Shown: positions 1 to 10,641 of the stretch, piece by piece | How the letters are laid out: every line of letters starts with the position of its first letter | How positions within the stretch are numbered: position 1 is the first letter of the stretch | From: Pelagomonas calceolata | Lineage: Eukaryota | DNA: 64,000 nt | Reading direction: 5' to 3' | NCBI GenBank assembly: GCA_918797485.1 | Contig: CAKKNE010000006.1 | Coordinates: 2,790,001-2,854,000, forward strand | Notes under the pieces: generated by a model | The model's input: the letters and a program-made list of their open reading frames with translations, nothing else | Told to the model about the DNA's origin: nothing | Database searches by the model: none | Position numbers and translations under genes: made by a program

Positions 1-268
1 CGGACGCGTCTTGTACCTTACATTCGGTCGACATCGAGCCAGAAATGTCCAAGACGACCATGAGCTCGATTGCGGTCTTCGTGGCCGGCGCGTCGCATTT
101 GATTTCGACGAGGGCGGCGTCTTCGATGCCCTCGACGACGCGCAGGGCGAAGCTGTCTTTCGGGGGGGTGGGCAGCTTGTTTTGTAGTAGCGCGGGCGAG
201 TTCGGCGGCGCCGGTGGGCCGGGCAGCGCGAAGGCCTTGCGGGGCAGTCGTGGCGATTTATTTGTCAT
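1..268 (-). CDS. von Willebrand factor A (VWA) domain protein, 5' part (runs off window)
   Basis: Manual translation from ATG 268: MTNKSPRLP...IELMVVLDISGSMSTEC, containing the MIDAS DxSxS motif; not in the ORF track. Confidence 0.75.
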   Translation of the reverse strand, partial: MTNKSPRLPRKAFALPGPPAPPNSPALLQNKLPTPPKDSFALRVVEGIEDAALVEIKCDAPATKTAIELMVVLDISGSMSTECKVQDAS

Positions 269-461
269 GTTTTTTTAGTTCTATGTGCGTAAATGTGCGT
301 GTTTGCTCTGTCCTATGCTCTGTCTGAGATTTTGGAGACTTCCTGGCGGGTTTGGCAAAATTCTTCAAGGGCAGCCTTCGTGGGACGCGGTTGCGGCGTC
401 GCGGCGAGTCCTCGGGACGGGTTGTTGCGGAGGATGTGGCTTTCCTACGGCTGTCGGGTGC

Positions 462-483
462 TTGCTAGTGTCTTACAGCTAGC
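462..483 (+). promoter_or_regulatory. CTAG-spacer-CTAG motif (10-nt spacer)
   Basis: TTGCTAGTGTCTTACAGCTAGC between divergent genes. Confidence 0.6.
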
Positions 484-582
484 CCCACTCTGCCTGGACA
501 GCAACAGCAAAGCGCCTTCCTTAGGCCCCCAGACCACCTGCTGACACGCGTGGACTTTCGAAAACATCTGTCGTGTCGAGGG

Positions 583-1182
583 ATGTTCGCCCGAACCGCG
601 GCTCTCGCCGTCCGGCGCTCAGCGCCACCGATGAGACGACTGGCCCCTGCGGCGCTGGTCAACGCGGCGCCGGGCGGCGCGGCGCCGTTCAGCACGAGGT
701 CAGCCCTCCCGACGCCCGTCACTGCGGCGCTGGGCTCGCCCGGCGCCCGCGCGCCCTTCAGCGCGCGACTCGCCGAGCGCGCGTTCAGCACGCGACCAGC
801 AACCGCCGCTACAGCGCCGCCAACATCAAAAAAGAAGCGCGGCCGCGCGCTCCCGGCACCGTTAACCATCACGCCGGCCGCCGCGGAGCGAATAAACGAT
901 TTGTGCGCCTCGAAGCCCGAGGTCCTCGGCGTGCTGCTGGGCGTGAAAAGGCGGGGCTGCAACGGCATGTCCTACACGCTCAACTACGCCGAGGAGCCGC
1001 CGCCGAGCGACCACGAAAAAGTTGAAGCCGACGGCGCGACGGTCTGGGTCGAGCCGCCGGCCCTGTTCCACATCGTGGGCACGGTCATGGACTTCGAGGA
1101 GTCGGCCTTGGAGACGGGCTTCACGTTCACGAACCCCAATGAAAAAGGTAGATGCGGCTGCGGCGAGTCGTTCAACGTGTAG
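583..1182 (+). CDS. ISCA1: Mitochondrial Fe-S cluster assembly protein IscA/ISCA1-like
   Basis: GVKRRGCNGMSY and NPNEKGRCGCGESFNV motifs; Arg/Ala/Ser-rich presequence. Confidence 0.93.
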   Translation: MFARTAALAVRRSAPPMRRLAPAALVNAAPGGAAPFSTRSALPTPVTAALGSPGARAPFSARLAERAFSTRPATAATAPPTSKKKRGRALPAPLTITPAAAERINDLCASKPEVLGVLLGVKRRGCNGMSYTLNYAEEPPPSDHEKVEADGATVWVEPPALFHIVGTVMDFEESALETGFTFTNPNEKGRCGCGESFNV

Positions 1183-1213
1183 ATATTGCTAGTGTAAGGA
1201 TTTGTGTGATTGC

Positions 1214-2130
1214 CTACTTATCCCAGCTTGGCGCCGCCGGGAACGCGGCCTTGAAGGACGGGTGGCCGACGCCGAAGCCCATCGGGATCGCGTCGTCGTC
1301 GTCGTCTCCGCGTCGCCGGGCGTCGGGATACCGAATCTCCCGCGCGGCCGGATCCCAGCGGCCCCAGTACCTTCGGGAGGCGATGTCGTGGAAGACGTAA
1401 CGACGCTCGTCCGCGGGCACGGGCACGGTCCCGACGCCCGGCGCGTGGACCTCGGTCGCCTGCCCGACGTAGGCTGCCCACCAGCTGTACGTGGACTCAG
1501 TGACGACGAGCCGCGTCGCCCGCGCGAGGTACGCAAAGTCCGCCTCAACGGATCGGCCCCGGCCGTCGCCGCGAATCCTTGGCGAGACGACCTGAGTGGA
1601 ATTCAACACTGAGATGGTCACGCCATCGAGCAGACGTCGCGTCTTGAGATTCCGCACGGGAGACGACCGTCGCGTTGAGGTGCTTGACCAGATCCCGGAC
1701 GACGCCCGGCCGCGCGGCGTCGCACGCGGCGCAGACCTTGACCCGTCCCCGCCAGTTGTCCAACCGCGCGAAGACGTGTCTAAAATAATTCTCGTACGTG
1801 TAGAGCTTGTAGTGGTTCTGCGTCTTACATAAACGCACGTGAATAATCACGTCCGTCTTTCTTGGACTCTCGGAAAGTTCTAAATCACGGAGCCGGAAAT
1901 GGGATCGCAACGGAGACCCGAGGCCCCGATACAGCGCGTAGTGCTGCCAGTAGCCCAGCGTCTTTAAACATGTAAAGTGGTCGCGGTTCAGGGCCCGCCG
2001 CAACTGCTTGTGCAAAGGGGTCCGCTGCAGGTCCGCCGGGCGCTCGCCAAGAATTAAGGTGCCGTTCTTGTCGTACTGGCCTGGGGGACTTGAGGGCGTC
2101 GGGACCGGGCAATGCGACGCTAACGCCCGA
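1214..2130 (-). CDS. GT11 alpha-1,2-fucosyltransferase-like protein (intron 1592-1667; 5' end uncertain)
   Basis: GYWQ, IIHVR and STYSWWAAY motifs; splicing joins NAT|VVSPRIRG. Confidence 0.6.
1592..1667 (-). mobile_element. Introner intron (family A)
   Basis: 8-bp TSD gagacgac at 1584-1591 and 1660-1667; TIR CTGAGTGGAAT/CCGTGCGGAAT; GT from TSD, AG from TIR. Confidence 0.85.
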
Positions 2131-4320
2131 AGACGTTCGCCACGCTCTATTCGCGTACCACGGCGCTGGACGGTTGAAGCGGGATGCGCGAAGCGCTCTC
2201 GAGGCGCTAGACGTCCGCGTCGTCCATATGGTGGAGCCTGGGCGAGGCTACCCGAACGTGCGGCTCGGCGTCCTCTCGACTTGGCGTCAATTCACGCCAT
2301 CGATGCGACACAGGTACAAAACGCGAGACCGCCCTTCTCGACTGACGAAGTAGGTGCGTACCTCCACTATGTCGCGAAGTCATACGACGATTTATTGGAT
2401 GGGACCTTCTTCGTCCACGGCCACGTGCACGGCGGCCTGCGGCCAGTAATCCGAGCGATGGACTGGACGGCGAAGCGCGGCGTGGCTCCGCAGACCTGGT
2501 TCGGCACGACGCACGCCTACGACATGGCGCACGACGGGCCGATGCCGGCGCACCTAGCGACCCGCGCGCGGCCGACGTCCGCCGCATCCGGCAAGCGACG
2601 AACGGCCTGCGAATCCTTGCGCCCTGCTGGGGCCGCGGCAGGCGCGGGGAGCAACTCTGCGCGAGTCCCGAGGACGCGCTCGACGCGGATGCGAATTTCA
2701 GAGATGCGGGAACGATTGCGGTCGTCGCCGCGTGGTGCGGCGAAGACTTCACATGGGTCGCGAGACTGCTCTTGGCGTCTGATAGCGTGCCGCACGTCTG
2801 GCGGAAGTTAATTGTATACCAGAAGTGCGCCATCTACAAAACGGCCAAGGGTTACGAAGTGCGCCTAAAAGCTACCCCTATCATGATGGCGGCGAACCTC
2901 ACAAAAGCGAAGCAAATCGCCGTCGAGGCGACGGGGCCCGAGACGACGCTGACGAGTATTGACGTACGGCGAGCGATCGCGAAGGACGTTCTCCTCCTTA
3001 AGACCTACGCAACGGCCGCGACCGCGCCGCTTCAGAATCTGGCTATCGAAGTGGTGCCGATGATTGAGCCAGGCCGCGGCTGGCCCCGGGTCAAGAATGC
3101 GCGGCCGCCGTTTTCCACCGACGAGGTCGGGGCGTATCTGCACCACGTCCGCGACGCCGCGTCGACTTCAGGCGCTAGTCCCTTGACGCCATCGATGCGT
3201 TCCTCTCCGCGCAGGTCTCGACCCGCTACGAGCACCTACTGGACGGCACGTTCTTCCTCCACGGCTCACCAAGCGGCACGTCGCTCGAGCTCGCCAAGCG
3301 GACGATGGATTGGACGCATCAAAATGGAGTAGCCCCGCAGACGTTCTTCGGCACGACGGACAGCGGCGCGCAACGCCTCGACCCGCTCCCCGGCCACCTC
3401 GGCGTCGCCAAGGACTTATTGAAGGTCCGCCGCGTCGGCAACTACGACGGGGGCGAATTTTATGCCAGTCGCCTCAGTCTTCGTAGAAGGTCGCAAGGAT
3501 TCTATGCGAATGCGCTGGAGATCGTCCGCGCCGACGCGAGCTGCGCCGACCGCTACGTCAACTGCTCCGGCGTCGATCGCCGGAGGTTCTGCGGCGGAAA
3601 GGGCGGGAGGACGGTCCTGCCAGAACCCTTTGCGGCGTTCAACGCCGGAGAGCGAGACTGCCCCGTCGGTGACCCGGCGTCTGCTCGATGGCGTCGAGGT
3701 TGACGCCACGCGCGCAGGTCCCGCGCCGCTACCGCGGCTCGTCGAGGATCGAGGGCTACTGGAACGTACTAATGTGCGAGGCTTGCCGGGCACCGCCGAG
3801 GCCACGAGACCCTCGGATACCGTTTTCGGTGAACGGCGTCGGCGACAAGCTCGACGCGCAAAACAAAGGTAGTTACGCGGTCTTCGGGCTCAAGCACCCG
3901 GGCCGCTCCACATCATCGAGGCGACGCCTCGCGGCGCGGGCGAGTATACTAGACCATGCTCGGCCGAACGGCCTCGGCCGGCCCGAGCTCGCGCCCCGCC
4001 CGTTCGTGCCCATCCGGTACGACCCCGACGACCAGGCGCCTTTTTCGCCGCGCTCCGCGCTGTGTGGCGGTCTCGGCGTTTGTCCGGGACCCAAAAAATG
4101 CTACGAGAGGATTAACGACGACCGGGCGACGTATAAAGAGGGAGTGCGGGCGACGTACAAGTGCGCCGAAGGTCCTCCCGGGGGCAAGTGGAACGTAGCC
4201 GGCGATCTCCCGCCGACGACGACGAAACGGCCCCGGAGGGCCTCCAAGCGCGCCCGCGAGGAGCTCGCGATGCTCGAGCGCGAGGCCCGGCCGAAGCAGA
4301 AGCCCGTAAAAACACTCTAA
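2112..4320 (+). CDS. Tandem DUF3431-like (putative glycosyltransferase-related) units; introns 2258-2313, 3147-3214, 3665-3717; structure of first unit uncertain
   Basis: Two copies of EPGRG.P.V.NARPPFSTDEVGAYLH.V...Y..LLDGTFF.HG...MDWT...GVAPQT.FGTT; second copy preceded by VVAAWCGEDFTWV. Confidence 0.5.
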
Positions 4321-4823
4321 CTTATCACACAACACTTCCGCTCCTCCTTCAGCGGCTGCCGGAACGGGTTTGAGGCAGAGTAGCCCTCCTCACAAAACGC
4401 GTCCTCGTGGGCGTGGGCAATCATGTACCGCTGCATCTCGAGGAGGCGCTCCTCCTTGGTCGGCGCGGTCTTGAGGCGCTCGAGCTCCAGCTCTAATCGC
4501 CGGTACTCGCGCGCGGCTTCTCGTTCCGACGTCGGCGACGGTCTCGATGGAGACGGCGACGACAGCGCCGACTGCGCGGGCGAGAGCCGCGTCCCGAGGC
4601 GGCGCTCGAGGGGCGAGCCGCCGGGCGGCCACTCCCCGGGCGGCCTGGGCTGCGTCGACGGCGGTGGGCCGGCTGGCGGCGGTGGCGGCGTTGGTGGTCG
4701 ACCCGCTGGCGGCGGCGGCGCGACCGGTGGCGGACTTTTGGGTGGGGGTGGGGGTGCTGGTGGCTTGCCGATTGGTGGCGGTGGCCGAGCCGGTGTCATC
4801 ACGTCGTCGTCTGCAGGCGCCAT
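4317..4823 (-). CDS. Proline-rich hypothetical protein with C-terminal coiled coil
   Basis: ORF with poly-Pro tract and helical C-terminus. Confidence 0.5.
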   Translation of the reverse strand: MAPADDDVMTPARPPPPIGKPPAPPPPPKSPPPVAPPPPAGRPPTPPPPPAGPPPSTQPRPPGEWPPGGSPLERRLGTRLSPAQSALSSPSPSRPSPTSEREAAREYRRLELELERLKTAPTKEERLLEMQRYMIAHAHEDAFCEEGYSASNPFRQPLKEERKCCVIS

Positions 4824-4968
4824 TGGTGTGGGCAGCAAGGGCAGCACAAGCCGACCGCACGCTTCGATGGCTGGTGATGTAGCGCTTTCTGATGGTTCGG
4901 TCAGTAAAAATGCGAGCCCTGCGGGTGCAGCGGCTGCGTCTTGGTGCGATTCGCGCAGACCGAGAAGG

Positions 4969-4994
4969 TTGCTAGTGTCTTACAGGCCGCTAGC
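4969..4994 (+). promoter_or_regulatory. CTAG motif (consensus copy)
   Basis: TTGCTAGTGTCTTACAGGCCGCTAGC between divergent genes. Confidence 0.65.
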
Positions 4995-5209
4995 TAATCC
5001 CGTTGCGCCGCGCGCCACTCGCACAGAACGCACAACCTGAAGCGCCACGGGTGGCTACGGGCACTGTCGCAGCGCTCTCGCACATAGGTCGTCTCGCACA
5101 GCCAGCCGCGCGCTCTGTAGAGACAGGTGCGACCGCCAGTTGCTCCCAACAGAACCGCTGCCAAACGGTACCCACGCCGCAGCGCTCCTCTCGACAACAA
5201 CAAATAGAA

Positions 5210-6985
5210 ATGGCCTCCCAGGAGCGCCGCTACGTCTCGCCCAGCAAACCGGGCAATAATGCGGACCCCGCGTGGTTACGACGGCAGCAGCGCTTCTTCA
5301 CGGCTTATGTGAATTCCAAACTCAATAAAAGGGACGACGTAAATGCCGTGACCGACCTCTTCGAAGATCTCAAGGACGGCCGCGTCCTGAAGGCCTTCGT
5401 GGAAGAGCTGTCCGGGACGACGATCGCCGGCAAGCAGACTTCTGGAAGTACTATAATACAGCACGTCGCCAACTTAACGCCGACCTTCGCCTTCATCAAG
5501 TCCACGACGAAGATTGTCGGCATCGGCCCGCAAGACGTCGCCGACGGGAATCCCGGGTTAGTTCTTGGTCTGCTGTGGTCGTTGATCGTCTTCTTCGCTT
5601 CGAGGGATCTGGGCGCGAATCAGACGAAGGACCTCAAAAAAACATTATTAGATTGGGTCCAGAAAAGATGCGCAAGACGCGTGCATGTTGACGATCTAGG
5701 TGCGAGCCTCGCGGACGGCCGCGCTTTCTTAGCGTTACTGGAGGACGAGGGCTTCGCGTATGAACCCTCAAAAGACGCGTCGGACAATCTAAAAAGGGCC
5801 TTCGACCACGCCGAACAGGCGTACGGCGCGCCCCGACTATTAGATGAGACGGACGCCGACTTTTGGAGAGAGGACAAGGCCGTCGTCGCCTACCTCGCGG
5901 AGCTCGTCAAGCGGCTGCCCGAGCGCAAGGTCACTGGAAGGGAGGCCGTCGAGGCCGTCGACGCGTGCTTTGCGTCGGGTATCGTTGCGGACTGCGCGCG
6001 CGATCTCGACGGCGTGCTCTCAACCTTATCTTCATCAAAGGGCTGGCTCGGCGGTCTACTCACGCAAAAGGTGCCGTCCGTGGCCTTGATTGTCGAGGAA
6101 TCGAACGCTTCAATAGCCGTCGCCGTAGCTCGGGGCCAGCGCGAGGCTTCAGCAAGGAGCTGCGACCTGCACGTTATTGTTGTGAAGAAAGGAGACGACG
6201 TCACCGCCCTCCTCAAGGAGCGCTTCGATGATAAACCGCCGGACTACGTGCTCGTCGACGCGCCGGGGTGTACGACCGTGCGCGGCGCGGCGCTGTGCTT
6301 TGCCGCGCCCGGGGCCTGCGCCGTCGACGTGTCGACACGTCTCAAGCAGGAAAGCGGCGTCGATTCGGCGGAGGTGGACGTGTTAGATGCGAACCGCGTG
6401 CTCTGCGCGTGTTTGCGGAGCGCGACGGCCGTGTCACTGCCCGGCACCGCCGACGCGGAGGCTGAGGAGGCCGCCGAGGCCGCCGGCGCGGCCGACCTGC
6501 TGAAATCGCGGGCGCGTGTCGCCGCGCTGGCGCCGACGGACGCCGCTGCGGGCACCTTCCCCTGCACGTCGTCGATCGCCTCGCTCTCCGTCCGCGTCGC
6601 GCCGGGCGTCTCCGCCGAGGCCGCGTCGTCGATGGTCGGCGACGCGCTGCGGTCCTGCGCCGTCGTCGACTTCGGGGCGGAAGCCGAGGTCTTCGCCACA
6701 TCAGCGACGGACGGTTTTTGTTCCGCGCCGGGCCTCGACCTCGCCGCGCGGTTCCGGGCGGCCTGCGTCTCTGAAACTCCCGACGCGATCGTCGTGGCGC
6801 CGACGGTCGCTGCTAGATCCGTACCGGTCGCCGCGGCCGCGTACCGCGCGCTCGGCGCGGCGACGTTCGCTCTGAGCCTGCGGTCGGCGAACGACGCGGC
6901 GTCGCTCCAGGCGTCGGCGCGGGTCCTGGCCCGTATTGTGTCGGGGGAGGCGCTGCCACCCGCGGCCGTCGAGGCGGCGGAGTAA
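5210..6985 (+). CDS. Tandem calponin-homology (actinin-type actin-binding) protein with C-terminal degenerate M20-peptidase-like region
   Basis: QQRFFTAYVNSKL, DLFEDLKDGRVL, IGPQDVADGN..LVLGLLWSLI, LLDWVQ, SLADGRAFLALL, EDKAVVAYL. Confidence 0.85.
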   Translation: MASQERRYVSPSKPGNNADPAWLRRQQRFFTAYVNSKLNKRDDVNAVTDLFEDLKDGRVLKAFVEELSGTTIAGKQTSGSTIIQHVANLTPTFAFIKSTTKIVGIGPQDVADGNPGLVLGLLWSLIVFFASRDLGANQTKDLKKTLLDWVQKRCARRVHVDDLGASLADGRAFLALLEDEGFAYEPSKDASDNLKRAFDHAEQAYGAPRLLDETDADFWREDKAVVAYLAELVKRLPERKVTGREAVEAVDACFASGIVADCARDLDGVLSTLSSSKGWLGGLLTQKVPSVALIVEESNASIAVAVARGQREASARSCDLHVIVVKKGDDVTALLKERFDDKPPDYVLVDAPGCTTVRGAALCFAAPGACAVDVSTRLKQESGVDSAEVDVLDANRVLCACLRSATAVSLPGTADAEAEEAAEAAGAADLLKSRARVAALAPTDAAAGTFPCTSSIASLSVRVAPGVSAEAASSMVGDALRSCAVVDFGAEAEVFATSATDGFCSAPGLDLAARFRAACVSETPDAIVVAPTVAARSVPVAAAAYRALGAATFALSLRSANDAASLQASARVLARIVSGEALPPAAVEAAE

Positions 6986-7018
6986 GTTTACGTGCATGTT
7001 ATTTCGACGAGTCCGAGG

Positions 7019-7040
7019 GCTAGTATGTCGATACACTAGC
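7019..7040 (+). promoter_or_regulatory. CTAG motif variant
   Basis: GCTAGTATGTCGATACACTAGC, 90 bp upstream of ATG 7130. Confidence 0.5.
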
Positions 7041-7129
7041 TCAGCGCTTGGGCTTTGTGTCCGACTCGTATCGACCGCATTTGTGGTCGTTGTCGGTGCG
7101 CATCGCTGCATTTCATCGTGCACTGACCG

Positions 7130-8014
7130 ATGTCGCCGGCGCGCAGCTTTCTCGCATTGTTGTGCCTTCCTAGCACCGCTGCACTTGTTGCACCACGCAC
7201 GAGGCCAGCGCGAGCAACAGCGTTGCACGCAGACGCAGACGCAATCAGTGATTTCTGCAAGGGAACGAACGCATTCTGGAAGAGTCTGATCATACCGGTC
7301 GTGCGGGACTATGCAGACGTCAAACCCAAGGGCACGGCTGACGTCGACGACTTCTTAAGCGTCGTGACGGCGGCGCCCGAGACGCCCGGCATCCCGCGGC
7401 CCGTGTGGCTGACGATCGCCGCGTCCGTGCCGACCGGTCTCATTTGGTACGGCTGGTACAAGTACAGCGCATCATCGCGGCGTCGCAATAGCGTTTTTGT
7501 CTCCGTAACGTATGATGCCCATCTCTCGTAGGTTGAGGAAGAATTGTTTCAATACGAGCTCGAGACGGAGGGCCGCGTCAGCGGTTGTGGAGGCTACGGC
7601 ACGTTGTTTCCCTTTGTTTTCGGCGTGATCATCGGCGGACCTCTCGCGCTCGTGGGCTTTTCCGGCGGCGACGCCATCCTGGAAGCGGCAGGTTTGTGGA
7701 TATTGCTGGGCCAGGTCAATCTGTACCGCCGCGTGAACGATTGCTTTCCCGGCGAGGAGCCCCTACACGCGTGGTGGGCTCTACTCCCGCCACCACTCGA
7801 CGTCGTCGTCGGCCTGCGTCAAGTGCATTTCCTCAGCGAATTCTGGAAGAAGGAGAGGTCACTACCAGCCGGCGGCGACGCGGTCGCCGAGAAGTATTTT
7901 CCATTCATCAGCGCGCCGCGCTTCACGCTGAAAGAGTTCGCGCGGACGCCATCGATGTGGTTCTGGTTTACGAAGGACTGGGACGACTTCGACGTGCCTA
8001 TTCTGAAGGACTAA
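7130..8014 (+). CDS. Probable plastid-targeted membrane protein of unknown function (GC-AG intron 7469-7531)
   Basis: Signal/transit-like N-terminus; splicing joins WYKYS|VEEELFQYEL; hydrophobic segments. Confidence 0.7.
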
Positions 8015-8932
8015 CTACCTGTTGTTGTTACGCATGAGTTCCCAGGGGTTTTCGTTGAAGGACGCGCGCGTCGCCACCGCCGCGTCCCTATACCTCCGAC
8101 AGTAGGTGCCGTTGATCGGACCCGCGTCCGCCGACAAGGCCCGCTTGTCGCCCTCTTGAAGAGATCGTAGGACGGGGCACTGCTGAAACAATCTCGTGCG
8201 GATCAGCATCGCCTCGACCGCGTCAATGTCGTACATCTCGCACGCGTCGTAGTTTATATGAGCGGCTACGTTGGTCTGGAGCGGGCGCCCCCTACTCGCG
8301 AAGCGGCCACGAGCTAGCAACTTTCGTCCAGTGACGGCCCGTGCGGCCCTGGCCGCCCTGTAGAGGCGTTTTCGGTAGTTGCGCGACATTTGCGACCCGC
8401 AACATCGTCGCAGCGTCGACCACGGCCGGATGAATTCCACGACCGCGCCCAGCGCGTGCGCGGCCCGGCGGCGCCGTTCCGCATCGAAGCCGTCGCGCCG
8501 CAATGGGGGCGCTTTAAAAAACGCCGCGTAATCTTGGACGACCCGCCACTCGCGCTGCGCGACGGACGCCGTGCGTTGCAGTACTTTTATCGAGTTCCTC
8601 GGGATGCCCCACTCCTTCTCAAGACTGCGAGCGGTGGTATCGGTGTCACAGTTGCTGCTTCCATCCCAGGCGTTGTTCTTTGACTCGCGATGCGTCACGA
8701 ACAACGGGATGCCATCGCGCGCTAATGACTTAGCCGCCTCGAGATCGTGGGTCTTGCGTACGTATCCAGTTCTATTCGTCGCGCAGAGGAACGCGCGAAC
8801 GATAAACGTTGAGAGCGTCGTCGCCGTGCGCGGTGGCCCGTAGGTCACGGCGACTGGCTTGCGGCCGCGCGCGTCGCCGGTGCGAGCAGTGGAGATGAGG
8901 AGGAGGATGGTAAAAGACAGTGTTGAGTGCAT
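8015..8932 (-). CDS. Secreted/Golgi sulfotransferase-like protein
   Basis: N-terminal hydrophobic segment; YGPPRTATT (5'PSB-like loop) and KTH motif. Confidence 0.5.
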   Translation of the reverse strand: MHSTLSFTILLLISTARTGDARGRKPVAVTYGPPRTATTLSTFIVRAFLCATNRTGYVRKTHDLEAAKSLARDGIPLFVTHRESKNNAWDGSSNCDTDTTARSLEKEWGIPRNSIKVLQRTASVAQREWRVVQDYAAFFKAPPLRRDGFDAERRRRAAHALGAVVEFIRPWSTLRRCCGSQMSRNYRKRLYRAARAARAVTGRKLLARGRFASRGRPLQTNVAAHINYDACEMYDIDAVEAMLIRTRLFQQCPVLRSLQEGDKRALSADAGPINGTYCRRYRDAAVATRASFNENPWELMRNNNR

Positions 8933-9679
8933 TATAGAGCCCAGGTATCGTCGCATCGATCGCGCGGTGTGCGGGCGACGTTTCGCAACTCTCTTGACCT
9001 TCCAAACAGGCACGTATCGATTGTCGGCTGCTAAAAAAGTAAAACCTGATTTGCAAATTGTGCAAGCCAAAGGATGTGCTAAACGAGGTCGGCGAGACAT
9101 GAGGCGGCGGTTTTCGTGATCCAAACTACGGCCTGAGTCGCCGCGAGGCGTGCAGTCGACCGCTTACTGAGTCCAGAGTCATGAAACTCACCATGTTGAA
9201 AAGTTTGATGCTGGCCGCGGCGGCGCGGCGCCTCGACACAAACGAGTGCCGCCACTACCTCGAGCGCGCCTGCTTCTTGCAGTACACACGCACAATACAA
9301 GTCGCGCACGGCTTCCGCGAGATGATCAGCAGTGCGCGGACCTGTGCCATGATCCCCCAAAGATTTCGATCCAGAGCTCTCTGGAGAGCCCCAAGCACCG
9401 GTGCATGCGGCGTGGGCGACTACCGGACCCCAGACCTATCCCAGAGGCAGTCCGCGAGCCGATCTGCATCCGAAAAAAAGTAACTAATTTGGACCCGATG
9501 GCGCCCCGTCCCCGTAAAAAACGTCAATTTCTCTAGGGCCCCAGGAATCGTAATAGCGGTCTCGTTGGACCCCATACTACCCCACCGATAGTCAACTACA
9601 AGTATATGACATCTACACCACGAGAAGGGTACTTTTGGCTGCCCACGCTTGGGACGTGAACATCTTGATCTGGACCTCA

Positions 9680-10053
9680 CGCAAGTCGGTCGATCATGAA
9701 ACAAATGATCGCGTTATGGTCCATGGTGACGGTACACGCGCTGATGGTCGCAGGTCCGGGATCTATGCCCCAATTAACGAGATCGTGGGCTCGCGGGAAG
9801 GCCGAGCCGCCCGGTGATTTCTGGACAGTAAATCAAATGTAGGACACGTTCAGGCCAATTAGCTGGCCCGTCCCGCAACCCAAGCGCCTGAAACGCGAAT
9901 TTATTTTATAAACCACCGGTCTGGGGCCAATTCAGTGCCCCGCGTACGCACCGTCGTCCGCGGAGAACGGGCAAGTCGGTCGATTGTGAATAGAACAACG
10001 GCGTTATGGTCCATCTGGATGGTGGCGTCGCTGATACCCGCAGGTCTAGGTCT
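9680..10053 (+). repeat. Imperfect ~85-bp direct repeat (about 9680-9763 and 9971-10053)
   Basis: GCAAGTCGGTCGAT...GCGTTATGGTCCAT...CGCTGAT...CGCAGGTC in both copies. Confidence 0.75.
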
Positions 10054-10507
10054 TGTGCTCTTCTGAGTCTAAACGTGGGGGCCCGAAAACAACGAATCGG
10101 GAGGTGCATAGGGGCAACCTAACGCACCTAGTTGGCTGTCCATCCGGCCTAAATGGACTCTACCATCAACGAACGGATGGAAACGAACATAAACGCGAGA
10201 GTTGTCTAGTAGAATTCTTCTCCCGCCCTCCGAGCGCGGGCCGTTGGCTCCGGTTCCGTCGGGTGTGTATGAAAACTGGGCTGGAGGTGATATAATGTAC
10301 CGATTAGGTGGTAAAAGGCGGCGTCAATCGCTGGTGTACTTTGGAAACTCGTAAGACTCATCCGCGAATGTCGCGGGCGGTGCCTTCCGGGAGGCGCGAG
10401 GGTATGTTCCCGGGCCGCTACTCTGAAATCTTTGATCTCGGCGAACGACTAGGATGTACTCTGAATGTGGGTCATTCTTTTGACGCCATCGAGGCGTATC
10501 TTTGAAT

Positions 10508-10533
10508 TTGCTAGTATGTCGATATACGCTAGC
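10508..10533 (+). promoter_or_regulatory. CTAG motif variant
   Basis: TTGCTAGTATGTCGATATACGCTAGC. Confidence 0.45.
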
Positions 10534-10641
10534 TCGTCGTACGGGAATTGTGAATTTGGGAGCCCGTTTGTTTAGTTATCGAGGCGAATCCAGACGCCAT
10601 CGACGCACCCGAGCACACAAAAACCAAGTTACACACAACAC

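Noticed and set aside
9181..9483. 100-aa ORF with signal-like start
   Set aside because: No recognisable motif; weak coding bias in the 3' half
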